Shown here: positions 60,801-64,000 of the stretch, piece by piece | Numbering within the stretch: the first letter of the stretch is position 1 | How the letters are laid out: each line of letters begins with the position of its first letter | Source of the DNA: Macrostomum lignano | Taxonomy: Eukaryota | DNA: 64,000 bases | Reading direction: 5' to 3' | Assembly (NCBI GenBank): GCA_002269645.1 | Contig: NIVC01001306.1 | Location: 124,001-188,000 of the forward strand | The notes under the pieces: generated by a model | Databases searched by the model: none | Told to the model about the DNA's origin: nothing | The model's input: only the letters and a program-made list of their open reading frames with translations | Program-made: the position numbers and the translations under genes

Positions 60801-62747
60801 GGCCCGCTCGGACCCCAGACGCTTGCTATCGGCCAGGAACTCGCTCTTTCCCTGGCCTGACCGTCGTCTCTTGATCCCCGGATTGCGACTTCCCCCCATC
60901 ATCATCAAGGACGAGTCCCCCCGGTCATCGGCAGCGACCATCAAAGTGAAGAGCATCACCTGCTAGCTATCAGCGAAGATTGTGACATCAGCATCATCCC
61001 GAGTCTACAGCTGCGAAGCATCAAGCCGATTCGGTCACTGTGGATTACCTGGTCTCCGGCTGTTGTGTTTCTGATTGGTTGGGTGAGAGGCTACCTAGAC
61101 TTGCTTGATTGGGTGATCCCCTATCTGTCCCCTGTTTCAGTGGCTGAATTAGGCGCACACTTTTGCTCTTTTTGTTCAGTAGTGCTGTTGCTGAGGCAGA
61201 AGTCATTCAATAATACTGCTAGTAGTCTAAAACTCTAATTCAATCTGAAGTGCGAAGTGATCTATCTAAGGAAAAGGTTAAATCTAACAGTTATTTTTAT
61301 CGGTTTTATTTCTTTGTTCGCCGATGGCTCAGATGAGTAGCTAAGCTAGTAGGCGCCGGTCGCAGTGGACCAAATGGCAAGGCAGTTCTCAGTCGATCAA
61401 ACTATCAAATCAGTGAGCAAAACTGTCAGAAGTGCAGAATCGGCGCCAGAGATGTACTTTGTGCACTCTAGGTTAGCCAAGCGGCTCGGGTAAATGAATC
61501 ATGCGGTCCCTGACGTTCGAGTTAGTCTATCATCAGCGCTAGGAGAGGCTAGTTAATGGCGCATTGAAGGCCAAAAGTACATATCTTCGTATTTAGCAAT
61601 GTAATAATATTACATGTAGCTACCCCATAGACTCGCCACTGCAAGAATCCCCTGCACAAGTCCCCTCTGTACCTGCATGGCCAATGCGATCTAGTCCCAG
61701 CAGTGTCCCTTATCATCGGCTATGACTTCGAGATTGACAGCAAAAAGACAGTAGTTGGCAGGTAAGTGCAAAGCCCCTTCTAGTCGGAAGCCCGATTTCG
61801 AGAGCCCCGGTGTGGTGAGCCAGGGCGCACGGGCTGGTGGCAGCGAGTTAGTTGATCTGCGGATTAGCTAATTTCTACCTTCAAAATTCTCCCTGCTTGT
61901 CTCTCGCTGTCCCTCTCTTAGCTATAGGACCTAGACTGCTCGCCACACGATCAAGCTACCATGGGGCTGACCATCTGACAGGAGTGGGGGGCCAGGACTC
62001 AAATTGATTTATTTCCGAGCCTGAGGCCCGAAGGCTTCCCCACAAGGGGGCCCGAAGGTCGAAACCCATCACATGTTAATTTTCAGCGACAGAAATTGCG
62101 AGCGGAAGTAAAGGACTCGAACTCGAATATCAATCTAATAAACTATGGAGATCGGAAAGCATCAGTTTTTTTGCAAATTATAAAAAATACTTTAATCGTA
62201 AGCTCCATTTTTACAAGGCAGTTTATCTCGTTCTCGTGGGTGATGCTTTTCCTGTAAAAACTATGGTGTTGTGCTTTAGAATCAAAAGTTTTTATTACTT
62301 ACGAATATGAATGTCCCTGCAGTCAGCAGTATTTTACGCTACTTTTGACTAATTTACAAATATTTTAAAACTGTAATGCCCGTTGCCGTTGACGAATTTG
62401 CCAGTTGAGTAAATTTTTGCTCCGTGTTATGAAGCTTAGCTGTTTTTTTTTCAATTTTTTTTAATACTTTAGGGCATATAAAGATATAATATTATAAAAA
62501 CTTTTAAGAAAAAATATCTTGAAGATTGCTTAATGTTAACAAAAACTTTAAAGATATTGTATTTTTTGTTTATCTACATAGTCAGATGACTTTTTAACCT
62601 TATAATTATCTTGGAAATATTATATTATATCTGAGTAATAACTCGACCACTAACAACTTTCGTCTGTCAATCATATTGGCATTTGCAATTTAGTTGCTAT
62701 CCTTTGTCTAATCGAAGAAAGTCTATACCTCTAAAATCTTCTCCAAA

Positions 62748-62781
62748 ATGAAATTCAAGTTTAAGGAGGACAACAACTTTG
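62748..62781 (+). CDS. GABARAPL2: First coding exon of an ATG8/GABARAPL2-like gene (rest not found in window)
   Basis: atg aaa ttc aag ttt aag gag gac aac aac ttt g|gtaaat = MKFKFKEDNNF, like ATG8-family N-termini (MKWMFKEDHSL, MKFQYKEDHPF). The 34-nt phase-1 exon matches my recollection of GABARAPL2 exon 1. Subfamily assignment is tentative. Confidence 0.65.
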
Positions 62782-63611
62782 GTAAATATTGTCTTTGAAA
62801 TAATGTATGCTTACTCACTAATTAAGTGATTGTAATTTATCTTTCCAATAACGTATAAATATATAACCTAGCATCTTTCAAAAATACTAAACAGCACCTA
62901 TATCTTCTAAATTTTCAATAATACATGATTTTTCTACAGCTCAACCAGTTTTGTCTAGGTCTAAGTCTAAGAAATTTCTCATTTCTAAATGTTAAGGGGA
63001 TTGAAGATTTAGAAAAACAAACTTTTTTGCAAAGGTCAAGCAAGATTTTAAAATTTTAGAAAATTGTAAGAATTTTTAGTCATAAGAGAAAAACTGACTA
63101 AATTCTAGTTCTAATAGAGATTTCATCACAACCCATAGTCTGGATCATGCTAGGTCACCTAGGTGTACGCCTAAACAAAAATCAAATAATTACAATTGCA
63201 CACCAAAAAAAAATTAAGTGCACACCCATTCTCAAAACTATGCCAGTATTGTGACAATAAATGACCTTTTTTACATTGTGACAATAAATGACTTTTTATA
63301 AATTGCATTATAGACACTTTTTCAGAAAATAATTGGTTTATTTTTATGTTTTTTTGACAATACTATTCATGGTGAAAAATATATATATGCAAAATTTGTT
63401 TATATGCTTTATTGCAAGCTTAAAACCTAGAAAGCTTGGACTTTATGCTAAAAATGAACTTTTTTCATCTTTTTTATATTTCACAAAAACTCTTTTTCAT
63501 GATTCTATGAAGTGCATGCCATATATACATGCACATTAGAGTGATGCATGCCAATTTTACACACCTACTTTTGGCATGCAAGGCCAATGCATGCCCAAAT
63601 TTTTGGGTGTA

Positions 63612-63641
63612 TACTATATATATATATATATATATATATAT
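63612..63641. repeat. (TA)n microsatellite
   Basis: Direct reading. Confidence 0.9.
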
Positions 63642-64000
63642 GATCCAGAGTATGGATCACAATATATTTATTATGAATTTCATGGTTACATTGTGACTCT
63701 AACTTGAATTATATCACTAATTATTGCTTTAACCAACTTGATATAAGCATTGATTGATTAATATTAGAATTTATATCATAAATTTAATAAGAACTAGCCT
63801 ATATATAAATAGACTAAACTACGAATGTAGCCTATAATCATTTGACTTTAGCTGCAAATTTTATAGTACATATTGTTTTGTAAAGGTTTTTTTAAAATAA
63901 AAAATCTCATGCTAAAAAAGCAATTTTATATTAAATATAAAAGGAAAATTAAATCATGTATAGAAAGGATTATATAAAAAGTATCATGTCAAATATATAG

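Overview
Eukaryotic (metazoan) genomic DNA: AT-rich intergenic space, GC-rich exons, GT-AG introns and dense mini/microsatellites. The style resembles the flatworm Macrostomum, but that is inference and cannot be proven from the sequence. I reconstructed six complete spliced genes by hand: GMP reductase (+), exostosin-like 3 (+), mitochondrial 2-oxodicarboxylate carrier SLC25A21 (+), a secreted five-repeat pacifastin-like Cys-rich protein (+), CFAP206 (-) and axonemal dynein intermediate chain DNAI1 (+). CFAP206 and DNAI1 lie head-to-head about 1 kb apart with an RFX X-box-like site between them. Also present are tRNA-Lys(CTT) (-), the first exon of an ATG8/GABARAPL2-like gene near the right end, and an orphan exon/ORF at 39.2-39.5 kb. 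The first 18 kb is transposon debris, including a five-level nested stack in which four levels have readable target-site duplications, and a strong CpG-decay signature. A tRNA-headed SINE with a conserved, covarying hairpin core occurs five times, three times inside introns. Many introns carry their own tandem repeat. Best candidates for novelty: the pacifastin-like protein, whose repeats 1-4 lack exactly one disulfide pair and carry an extra Cys pair; the structured SINE core; the bidirectional cilia gene pair; possible trans-spliced operon organisation; and a candidate 18-nt DNAI1 microexon. There are no CRISPR arrays or prokaryotic features, and the very long ORFs in the track are repeat artefacts.
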